A stretch of DNA of 28,108 nucleotides, taken from Candidatus Helarchaeota archaeon (GTDB lineage Archaea; Asgardarchaeota; Lokiarchaeia; Helarchaeales; RDOG01). Location: the NCBI GenBank assembly GCA_029838215.1, contig JALGVI010000039.1, positions 1 through 28,108 of the forward strand. Direction: 5' to 3'. Within the stretch, counting starts at the first letter, position 1, and each line of letters opens with the position of its first letter. A program made the translations under genes and the position numbers. The notes below the pieces were generated by a model. That model made no database searches, had not been told where the DNA came from, and worked only from the letters and a program-made list of their open reading frames with translations. Shown here piece by piece: positions 8,751 to 16,353 of this stretch.

Positions 8751-8860
8751 GGGTGGGTAGTCTAGCTTGGCTATGATACCAGCCCGGGGCGCTGGTGGTC
8801 GCGAGTTCAAAATGAGAACGGGTGCGTCCCGTTACCGTGAGAATCTTGCCCCACCCACCA
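8751..8860 (+). tRNA. trnP: tRNA-Pro(GGG) with encoded CCA, 32-nt T-loop intron and C33
   Basis: Acceptor stem GGGTGGG (8751-8757)/CCCACCC (8850-8856), discriminator A and CCA (8858-8860). D arm GTCT/TGAT. Anticodon stem CCAGC/GCTGG with loop CC-GGG-GC. T stem GCGAG/CTTGC. Removing 8812-8843 restores T-loop TTCAAAT and gives a 78-nt mature tRNA. Confidence 0.93.
8812..8843 (+). other. Non-canonical tRNA intron at position 59/60 flanked by a relaxed bulge-helix-bulge motif
   Basis: Central 4-bp helix TTCA (8806-8809)/TGAG (8838-8841), 3-nt bulges AAA (8810-8812) and AAT (8842-8844), intron hairpin AACGGG/CCCGTT. Confidence 0.85.
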
Positions 8861-8940
8861 TTCATCTTTTTAAACATCTCTTTCAAGAATCGAAAACGAT
8901 GTTCGAATAAGAAAAATGAGATAAATTCATTTTAAATGCT

Positions 8941-10767
8941 CTATCTTAATTGGAGACTTCTTGCAATGTCTTCCAGCCCAAATTTGTGTAGCGTTGCAGC
9001 CGTGGGAATGCCGTTTGCATCCCAGCCTCGGGCCTTATAATACGTGTCAAGAAGCTTGTTGAATTCTTCTTTTTTCAACAACTTGCCCTTGTGCGGACCT
9101 TTGGGAATGGGATCCGTAAAATTGCGGGTAGGGGGTTGGTCATCCTTTCGAGAGATCCCCTTTCGAACATTTATCGCACGGGTTATATTGTAAATACGCT
9201 CAGAAGCAAAGAGCAAGCCATCAATAGAGGCTTGAATGCCTGTACAATGTGTATAAAAATCACCATAAAGTTTCGTGTCGATTCCGAATTCGATCCATGG
9301 AAATCGACAAGCACCGAGACAATCCATCAAAGGTCGTATGTGCTGATGAAAAATCACGAGGTCGGCAAGTTCCTTCGCGTCGTGTGGACGACTTAATTCT
9401 TGGTAGGCGACCCAGGCACGATTATGATGAGCTCCGATATCTGCCGTGGCATATGCCAGGGTCATCCCGGGTAATGCTCTCGTGTCGTATCCAGATTGTT
9501 CCAACCCCTTGCAATGTAGTGAATATCGCTCAAATGCAGGATATTTCGCCAAAACACCCCTAATGCCATCTGCAAGGAAGGCTCCAGAACCTTGACGGTG
9601 GGCTATTTTCTTGAGAAGTTCCAAAACCTTGTCTCCATCGCCCCAAGATATCGTAATTTGTTCACCATTGAAACTCTTTAACAACTTGCGATCTGCGAGT
9701 TCCATGAGAAATCCAATGATGTTTCCTGCACTAATGGTGTCAAGCCCATATTCATTACAATAATGGTTTGTCTCGATGACATTATCCACGTCAAATATTC
9801 CCAGATTTGGACCAAGCATGACCACGCTCTCATATTGCGGGCGGACGCGGTTCTGTAAATCCTTCCTTAAAACGCCTTCACATGCTGCGGGACAATACAA
9901 ACAAGATTGACTTTTCTGGCGCGAATACTTCTCCAAATAAAAGGATTCAGAGTATACCTCGATTTTTTCAGTATAACCCTCTTGGAAGTTTCTCACGGGT
10001 AAGATGCCCTTTTCGTTTACACCTTCAGTAAGCCCAAAAGTTCCCAACTTTTGAAATCCATCGGCGATGGGATGAGTTGTCAAGTAATTCGAGGCAACTT
10101 GAAATGTTTTAAACATGTTTTTTGGGTCTGCAATTGGAATCGAGCGAGACCCTCGAATGGCTATACTTTTGAGTTTCTTATAACCCATGATGGCACCCAT
10201 ACCCGTGCGGCCTGCCAAGCGATGTTCCGATTGGATGCTTGCAAAAACAACACGATTTTCACCAGCAGGACCAATCGTGGCAATCTGATATGTCACATCC
10301 CCTAGATCCTTGCGGATCTGGTTCTCAGATTCAATGGCTCCTAAACCCCAATATGGCCGAGCATCTTTAAATAAAATTTCTTCATCAGTGATTACAATAT
10401 TTGTGGGCTCACTCGCTTGTCCCTTCAGAACGAGCATGTCAAAACCAGCTTGTTTTAAACTCGCGCCAAAATGAGCTCCGATGTTAGAATCTCCATAAAT
10501 TCCCGTTCCAGGTGAAATTGCGGCGAAGCAGGTTTTCCCCGATCCGGGCACGGGTGTCCCCGTTAATGGACCTGCCGCCACGATGAGAACGTTTTCGGGA
10601 GAAAACGGTCTTGTTTCCGCAGTGGTTAAATCCCAAAGGAGCTTGGCGGCAAATCCTCTACCACCAATGAACATTCTTGCAAAATCTTTCTGGATATAAT
10701 GCTTCTTTACATTCTTGCTTGATAAATCGATTTCCAGAAATTTTCCGAGGTAACCACCTTTAATCAT
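8941..10767 (-). CDS. aor: Aldehyde:ferredoxin oxidoreductase (AFOR family, tungstopterin)
   Basis: GGRGFAAK, GPLTGT, SPGTGIYGDSNIG, IGPAGENRV, GRTGMGAIMG.KKLK, CLYCPAAC and DCLGAC Fe-S ligands, EYGLDTISAG, YYKARGWDANGIP. Start taken at ATG 10767 (MIKGGYLG) rather than 10803. Confidence 0.93.
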   Translation of the reverse strand: MIKGGYLGKFLEIDLSSKNVKKHYIQKDFARMFIGGRGFAAKLLWDLTTAETRPFSPENVLIVAAGPLTGTPVPGSGKTCFAAISPGTGIYGDSNIGAHFGASLKQAGFDMLVLKGQASEPTNIVITDEEILFKDARPYWGLGAIESENQIRKDLGDVTYQIATIGPAGENRVVFASIQSEHRLAGRTGMGAIMGYKKLKSIAIRGSRSIPIADPKNMFKTFQVASNYLTTHPIADGFQKLGTFGLTEGVNEKGILPVRNFQEGYTEKIEVYSESFYLEKYSRQKSQSCLYCPAACEGVLRKDLQNRVRPQYESVVMLGPNLGIFDVDNVIETNHYCNEYGLDTISAGNIIGFLMELADRKLLKSFNGEQITISWGDGDKVLELLKKIAHRQGSGAFLADGIRGVLAKYPAFERYSLHCKGLEQSGYDTRALPGMTLAYATADIGAHHNRAWVAYQELSRPHDAKELADLVIFHQHIRPLMDCLGACRFPWIEFGIDTKLYGDFYTHCTGIQASIDGLLFASERIYNITRAINVRKGISRKDDQPPTRNFTDPIPKGPHKGKLLKKEEFNKLLDTYYKARGWDANGIPTAATLHKFGLEDIARSLQLR

Positions 10768-10906
10768 GAGAATTTCAATCCAGATTTTCCATTCAAAAAT
10801 CACAAGTAAAGTTCTCTAAAAATTCTTTTGCTTTAAATGCGAAATTTGTATATTGAAGAAAGTTTAGAATAAAACTTTTGATGAATAATTAGGAGTTTTG
10901 CCATGC

Positions 10907-11473
10907 ATGAAAAAAGAAATTAAAATCTTAGGCATTGATGATGCGCCTTTTAAGTTGAAAAGTTCAGGACGAACTCATGTTTTTGGAGTGGTATATCGTG
11001 GTGCCTCTTTTTTGGAAGGTGTAATTCACACCACGGTGGAGATCGATGGAATCGATAGTACCGATCAAATTGTTGAAATGATCTTATCTTCGCCGCACCA
11101 CCAACAATTAAAATTAATCATGATTGATGGACTTACTGTTGGTGGGTTTAACGTGATTGACGTGAACGATCTTTTTAAGCGGGTAAATCGTCCTGTCATC
11201 GTTATAATCGAGCATCATCCAAATTTCAACTCGATAAAAAAAGCATTACGGCATTTTTCGGATGGAAATGAAAGATGGCAACTCATCCAAAAGTTGGTCT
11301 CATTACATGAATTACAAATCATCAAGGATTTAAATCCCATTTATTTCCAACCGATTGGCATCTCTGTTAATGATGCGATCTTGGCGATCAAGTCCTGTAC
11401 CGTAAATGGTAGGATTCCCGAACCGCTTCGCGTGGCTCATCTCATCGCAAGCAGTTTTAAGACACTTCAATAA
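10907..11473 (+). CDS. DUF99-family protein (endonuclease V-like fold)
   Basis: ILGIDDAPF, DGIDSTD.I, IMIDGLTVGGFNVID, IPEPLRVAHLIAS. AGGAG at 10891-10895 upstream of ATG 10907. Confidence 0.88.
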   Translation: MKKEIKILGIDDAPFKLKSSGRTHVFGVVYRGASFLEGVIHTTVEIDGIDSTDQIVEMILSSPHHQQLKLIMIDGLTVGGFNVIDVNDLFKRVNRPVIVIIEHHPNFNSIKKALRHFSDGNERWQLIQKLVSLHELQIIKDLNPIYFQPIGISVNDAILAIKSCTVNGRIPEPLRVAHLIASSFKTLQ

Positions 11474-12618
11474 AAACGCGTATTCCTACCGTGCCCAACA
11501 GAAATAATCCGTTTTTCATCAATTGGTCCTCTATCATCCAAGCCATAATTAAAATAAACCCCTTTGATGGCTTCTTCCTTCGACAGGTTGGCATCTTCAA
11601 TGGAAAGAAAATCGCCTTCAGGATATTTATAGGATAGACCCTTCTCGTAATCGGGAAATTTCGGCATCATTAAATTTACGGATTGAAATGGAAATGGAAT
11701 TCCCCGATCATACCCTTTATTCCATATTAAATCAAATAGCTCGGGCAATTTTTCACTAATCCATTCCTTTTCGTGTTGCAATAATGGCTGAAGATATAAT
11801 TTCCCATCAGTGGTCAAACCTGAAAGTCGTTTAACATATGATTTTCGACCCAATGAAAGGTAATTCTTTAACATGAACGGATAAGGCATGAAATTAACGG
11901 CAGGTTCGGGTAATTTGTTTTGGGATGTCGAAAGATTATCAAATAAAGCTCCTATCACCTCAAAATTTGATAGTTCTACCAAACAATTCAACACGATCTC
12001 ACCATGACTCAGGCAATTTACCAATTGAGCGTGTTTAAGGCTTGCAAATTCGGAGTGTTCTTTCAAAAAGGTCGAGATTGCAAAACCTAGTTTCTCAGGT
12101 CTTTTAATGACAGTCGGCAATTTATTAAACCTGACCGAATATCTAGGATGAAACATCTCCATTAAATCATCATCAGAATCGTAAAACCAAAAATTCAACG
12201 GTACCCCATTATCAGCAGCTATTATGTGGCAGAAAATAATTCGCTCTTCATGAATCATTGAAAACGATGAAATTACACTTTCCCCAAATAATAAACTAGT
12301 CGTTCCAGCATGTAAATCGGTTCTGACCACCCAAATCGGAGGAAATAACGAATAAGCAAGTACCTTCGATGGCTCCGGTAGGCGCCCTTCAATGCACTCC
12401 TTCATGGTTAGGACGGTTTCTTTACATCGAAAACTCGAAAGCATTTTGGCATCTTGGAAGAAATTATCCAAGTATTTTAAATAATAATCATATCCCAGAA
12501 TCTTTATGATCCTCATTACATTTCTATTCATTGGAAAGTAAATCTTACGCTCTTCTTCCGCAGGTATGTCTCCATAATAATATTTTTCTTCTTCCACCAA
12601 GTGCCTGAAAACCCCCAT
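11467..12618 (-). CDS. Hypothetical protein (~383 aa), no recognised domain
   Basis: Long ORF with natural composition from MGVFRHLVEEE (ATG 12618). The first 64 codons of the track ORF (to 12810) are AT-rich intergenic-like sequence. Confidence 0.75.
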   Translation of the reverse strand: MGVFRHLVEEEKYYYGDIPAEEERKIYFPMNRNVMRIIKILGYDYYLKYLDNFFQDAKMLSSFRCKETVLTMKECIEGRLPEPSKVLAYSLFPPIWVVRTDLHAGTTSLLFGESVISSFSMIHEERIIFCHIIAADNGVPLNFWFYDSDDDLMEMFHPRYSVRFNKLPTVIKRPEKLGFAISTFLKEHSEFASLKHAQLVNCLSHGEIVLNCLVELSNFEVIGALFDNLSTSQNKLPEPAVNFMPYPFMLKNYLSLGRKSYVKRLSGLTTDGKLYLQPLLQHEKEWISEKLPELFDLIWNKGYDRGIPFPFQSVNLMMPKFPDYEKGLSYKYPEGDFLSIEDANLSKEEAIKGVYFNYGLDDRGPIDEKRIISVGHGRNTRFY

Positions 12619-12926
12619 ATCTTGGCAATCGGAAATTTGAATAAGAATTCCGACCCTGCAATAAATTGAAATTTCAAATTTATTAATCTTTAGTAAGTAA
12701 AGCTCCGTTATGAGTAACCAATTTTGAAATTTTTCATTAAAAAAAATCTCATTATGCATTAAAAATTTCTCAAATTTAAAGGAGAAATGCTCAAATTGTA
12801 ACAAGGTCATGTAGTTTTGATTAAGATTAATCTGTGAATATTTTGTAATCCAGAAAAGACTTAAAAGAATCTCATTGAAATCAAATATTCAGATGACTGT
12901 AAGATTTATTTAAATGCGTGGAGTAA

Positions 12927-14231
12927 ATGACTTTAGTAAAAATGCACGATTATCTTCCGAAGGAATTTCAGACGAAATATTTCGATTTTGTTCCGAGAGA
13001 CATTTCAGATGCTAGTTTTTGTAGAGACTTATTGGAGCAAGTAAGAAGATCGCATGAGAATTGTGCTTACTATCGTGAAAAGATTTGCCAACGCTTTGAT
13101 TTCACGATTCCCGAGGAAATTTCATTAGATAACTTGGAAACCATCCCTTACATTCCTGCAAGCATTTACAAAGAATCGGATGATAGGTTCTTTCAGTTAT
13201 TAAAAGTCCCAAAAGATGAAATCGTTTTATATTCTTGTTCATCGTCTACTACAGGAGATCCTTCAATAGTTCCCCGCACATTGGATGATTTTGATCAGCT
13301 TCAATACAATGCCATCAAGCTTTTTTCTGAGTTTTTTCAATGGGATGAATTAAATGATAGTTTATGCTTCAATTTTTCCCCAGATCGTCATTTCATGGCT
13401 TTCATGGCAAGGATGAAGTTAAATAATAAAAAACATAAGAAACTAATTGGACCGAGAACGCGCTACTTTACGGCTTGCATGAACAAGCCATGGGATTATA
13501 GAGGACATCAAGAGTACTTAATCAAGGTAAAGTATCTAAAAACACTTTGGGCATTAATTTCTACTTTTTCCATTCGTGGTGGATTTGTCTTGGATGTCAG
13601 CTTGATGTTAAAAATGATACGAAAAGTCCTGAAAAATGGCGAATGGAAAAAACGTAAGATCAACAGTTTTGTTTTTGGAGGAAGTCCTTTATTAATGAAT
13701 AACATGTTTATTAATCGCCTATTAAAAGAGAATATAGAGATTGACCTTGATGGAAAAGCACGTGCCGTATGTGGCGGTGGTGGCTGGGATGGCGTTAAGG
13801 GCGAAGCGAAAATGGATGCAGTAGATAAAGTTCATTTTATTAATTGTTTCGAAAAAGTATTCAATCTTAAAACAGAAAAGATTGGAGACATTTACGGATT
13901 TACGGAATCCCCTGTATTATTCGGAGGTCATTGGTCCGAGAAATTACAAGACTTCGTGCACCATTGTCCAAATCACGCTCGCCTAATTGTCAGAAGCACG
14001 AAAAATCTTGAACCAGTAGGTGTCGGTGAAGAGGGATTGCTTGAAGTTATCACGCCTTATGGTGTTAACGGAACAGTAAATCAAGCGGTCCTTATAGATG
14101 ACATTGTAGAATTAGTTTCATTAAACAAGTGCATGGAATGCGGTTACGAAGGAGCCACGTTTCGTGTTATTGGACGATTAGAGAACGCACAAGGAAAAAG
14201 TTGTTCATCATTGATCAATTGGGTATATTAA
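12927..14231 (+). CDS. LuxE-like acyl-protein synthetase / acyl-adenylating enzyme, paralogue 1
   Basis: IPYIPASIYK, SSSTTGDPS P-loop-like motif, GGGGWDG, DIYGFTE, HCPNHARLIVR, GEEGLLEVITPY, LIDDIV, FRVIGRL..AQGKSCS. GGAG ribosome-binding site at 12920. Confidence 0.82.
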   Translation: MTLVKMHDYLPKEFQTKYFDFVPRDISDASFCRDLLEQVRRSHENCAYYREKICQRFDFTIPEEISLDNLETIPYIPASIYKESDDRFFQLLKVPKDEIVLYSCSSSTTGDPSIVPRTLDDFDQLQYNAIKLFSEFFQWDELNDSLCFNFSPDRHFMAFMARMKLNNKKHKKLIGPRTRYFTACMNKPWDYRGHQEYLIKVKYLKTLWALISTFSIRGGFVLDVSLMLKMIRKVLKNGEWKKRKINSFVFGGSPLLMNNMFINRLLKENIEIDLDGKARAVCGGGGWDGVKGEAKMDAVDKVHFINCFEKVFNLKTEKIGDIYGFTESPVLFGGHWSEKLQDFVHHCPNHARLIVRSTKNLEPVGVGEEGLLEVITPYGVNGTVNQAVLIDDIVELVSLNKCMECGYEGATFRVIGRLENAQGKSCSSLINWVY

Positions 14232-14237
14232 AAGGAG

Positions 14238-15002
14238 TTGAGGGCATTCTTTAACGGTATCGGTTTTTTTGAATCTCACGTGCATACGAATTTTTCCGAT
14301 GGCACGAATTATCGGCTCGTAATTCAAACCGCAATCAAACGTGGCACGAATGTTCTTGCAATAACAGACCATAATACGACACGAGGATATGTTCATGCAA
14401 GATCTTATACTAAGAAATATTGCAAGAAGACAGGGAAGGACTTGTTAATCATTCCTGCACAAGAAACTGAAACAGATAAGGGAGATGTCTTAATATATGG
14501 TCTTGAAGAAACAATTCCAAAGAAAACAGATCTTGAAACGACAATTGATTTAGCGCATGAACAAGGAGCTGTTGTCGTCTTGGCGCATCCACATAACCTT
14601 CTACTCACGTATTTAATGCTCAAGATGATACGGAACTATAAATTTGATGGTGTTGAAACATTTTCCTTCCTGTATCCCAACATTATAAATCGACGAATTC
14701 ATTCTTTAATGATTCAATTTCCTCACCTATTCAAGCTAATTGGTGAAGACGCTCATTTTTGGTGGGAAGTCGGGTGGTATCACAACATTCTTGAACTTCA
14801 GGATTTGGATATCGATTCGGTCATAAAAGCTTTGAAACAAAACAAGATAAAATATCGCCGAAAAAACATGCCTTGGCCGTATAACATCAAATTCATCGTG
14901 AACGCCTATCACGTTGGTCCTTATTCAAATGCAGGATTTGGCAATCTTTTAAAAGTAGTCATGAAACTAGATCGGCGAAAAAAGATAAACGAAATGAAAT
15001 GA
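14238..15002 (+). CDS. PHP-domain metal-dependent phosphoesterase
   Basis: HVHTNFSDG, AITDHN, QETET, LAHP, GEDAH metal ligands. TTG start 6 bp after the luxE-like stop; exact start uncertain. Confidence 0.85.
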   Translation: MRAFFNGIGFFESHVHTNFSDGTNYRLVIQTAIKRGTNVLAITDHNTTRGYVHARSYTKKYCKKTGKDLLIIPAQETETDKGDVLIYGLEETIPKKTDLETTIDLAHEQGAVVVLAHPHNLLLTYLMLKMIRNYKFDGVETFSFLYPNIINRRIHSLMIQFPHLFKLIGEDAHFWWEVGWYHNILELQDLDIDSVIKALKQNKIKYRRKNMPWPYNIKFIVNAYHVGPYSNAGFGNLLKVVMKLDRRKKINEMK

Positions 15003-15008
15003 ATGATT

Positions 15009-16310
15009 TTAGGTCATCTTCTTCACGGCTTCAGTGATTTCTTCTTCAAATGAGGTAGTGGCACGATCTATCTGCTTTTTAGCCATGGATAAAAACATCT
15101 GCATGATTGCACCCGTTTTTTCTTTTGTAGATTTGGAATCATCCCGCAGAACACCTTGTACCAGATTATAATCTTCATTTATATCTTTGAAAAAGTGGTA
15201 GGAGCCACAGTTCCCGCACACTTGGGGAAATTGTTTAACATCAACGGGATTCATGATTTTACGTAATTCGTTAAAACGCTTACCATCCCAAATTTCCCGA
15301 AAGGGTTGATCGCGAACATTGCCCAGAAAAAATTGCCGGCGTTTTTCGTTGTAGTCTGCGTATGAAAGATTATCATAATAAGCATAACAACAGGGATAAA
15401 CATCTCCAAAGGCATCTATCAAAGCCCAGTAAGCAAGGGAAAAACAGGGAAGCGGTTCTCTTTCGAATAATGGGTAAGCAAGCAAGCCGTGCTTGATATC
15501 ATCAAGTGTTAATTTTCCTGTTAATAAATCAGATAATTCTTTTCGTATGGACGGTTCTAATAGGAATTTGATCTTTCGATCCAATTCGATTTGCTTAAAC
15601 TGTTTTTTTACCATTTTTAGATGCAAGTCGTCCAGTCCTATTTGTCTTTCTGCCACGTGCGGTCCATGAACTAGACCATATGTTACTAAATTGACTTTCA
15701 ATTCAGATGCCAATTCATGATACTCGCGTATTTTGCGTGCATTACCTCTTTGCACGACGAAGTGCATTGCTATTGTTAATTTCGGATTTCTCGGTCGTAA
15801 TGCGACTAAATTCTTGATATTTTTAATAATGGTGTCAAATACACCGTTTATACCCCGGATTTGAGAATAGGATTCTTCGGAGCTGCCATCCACGGAAAAA
15901 GTTACGCTATTTTTCCCCCCAAGCAAGGCTTCTGCTTTTTTTCCCTTTAACAGCACCCCGTTTGTTATGATCGTGAGTGCCATTCCTCTTTCATTAATAT
16001 ATTTGATTACATCCGCGATGTCTCTTCGAATGAAGGGCTCTCCACCAGAAATTAAAACGTGTTGTACTTCTAGCTCCTTAAGCTCGTTGATAAGTGTAAA
16101 AATCTCTTGAGTTGATAGTTCTTCTCTTCCAATTTGCGCGGGTTCCCACTTCCACCGATCACACATCACGCATTTGACATTGCAACGATTTGTTATTTCA
16201 AATTGGATGCTTTTTGGTCCAATGAACTTGTAGAGTGAAGGTGGACCGTCTAGAAATAACTTTATGAGATTTTCAACCTTTTTTGAACGTTGGTCAGATG
16301 GATTACTCAA
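15009..16310 (-). CDS. Radical SAM protein with SPASM/Twitch-type auxiliary Fe-S domain
   Basis: EITNRCNVKCVMC, SGGEPF, ITNG, SVDG...IRG, C-terminal PC...IDAFGDVYPCC...LGNV...F.EIW...CGNC. Confidence 0.9.
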   Translation of the reverse strand: MSNPSDQRSKKVENLIKLFLDGPPSLYKFIGPKSIQFEITNRCNVKCVMCDRWKWEPAQIGREELSTQEIFTLINELKELEVQHVLISGGEPFIRRDIADVIKYINERGMALTIITNGVLLKGKKAEALLGGKNSVTFSVDGSSEESYSQIRGINGVFDTIIKNIKNLVALRPRNPKLTIAMHFVVQRGNARKIREYHELASELKVNLVTYGLVHGPHVAERQIGLDDLHLKMVKKQFKQIELDRKIKFLLEPSIRKELSDLLTGKLTLDDIKHGLLAYPLFEREPLPCFSLAYWALIDAFGDVYPCCYAYYDNLSYADYNEKRRQFFLGNVRDQPFREIWDGKRFNELRKIMNPVDVKQFPQVCGNCGSYHFFKDINEDYNLVQGVLRDDSKSTKEKTGAIMQMFLSMAKKQIDRATTSFEEEITEAVKKMT

Positions 16311-16353
16311 TTCTTGTCACTAAATTTATTTCATTAACAAATCTAACGGAAAA

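Noticed and set aside
8783-8790. Reading the tRNA anticodon as CGG
   Set aside because: This needs a one-base register shift that breaks the perfect CCAGC/GCTGG stem. GGG with G37 fits the 7-nt loop.
8751-8860. tRNA as an integration site (att) for a mobile element
   Set aside because: No integrase, no duplicated tRNA 3' end and no compositional break in the window.
12619-12810. N-terminal 64 codons of track ORF 11467..12810
   Set aside because: Very AT-rich, Phe/Ile/Lys/Asn-biased sequence that occupies the divergent promoter region. ATG 12618 is the more plausible start.
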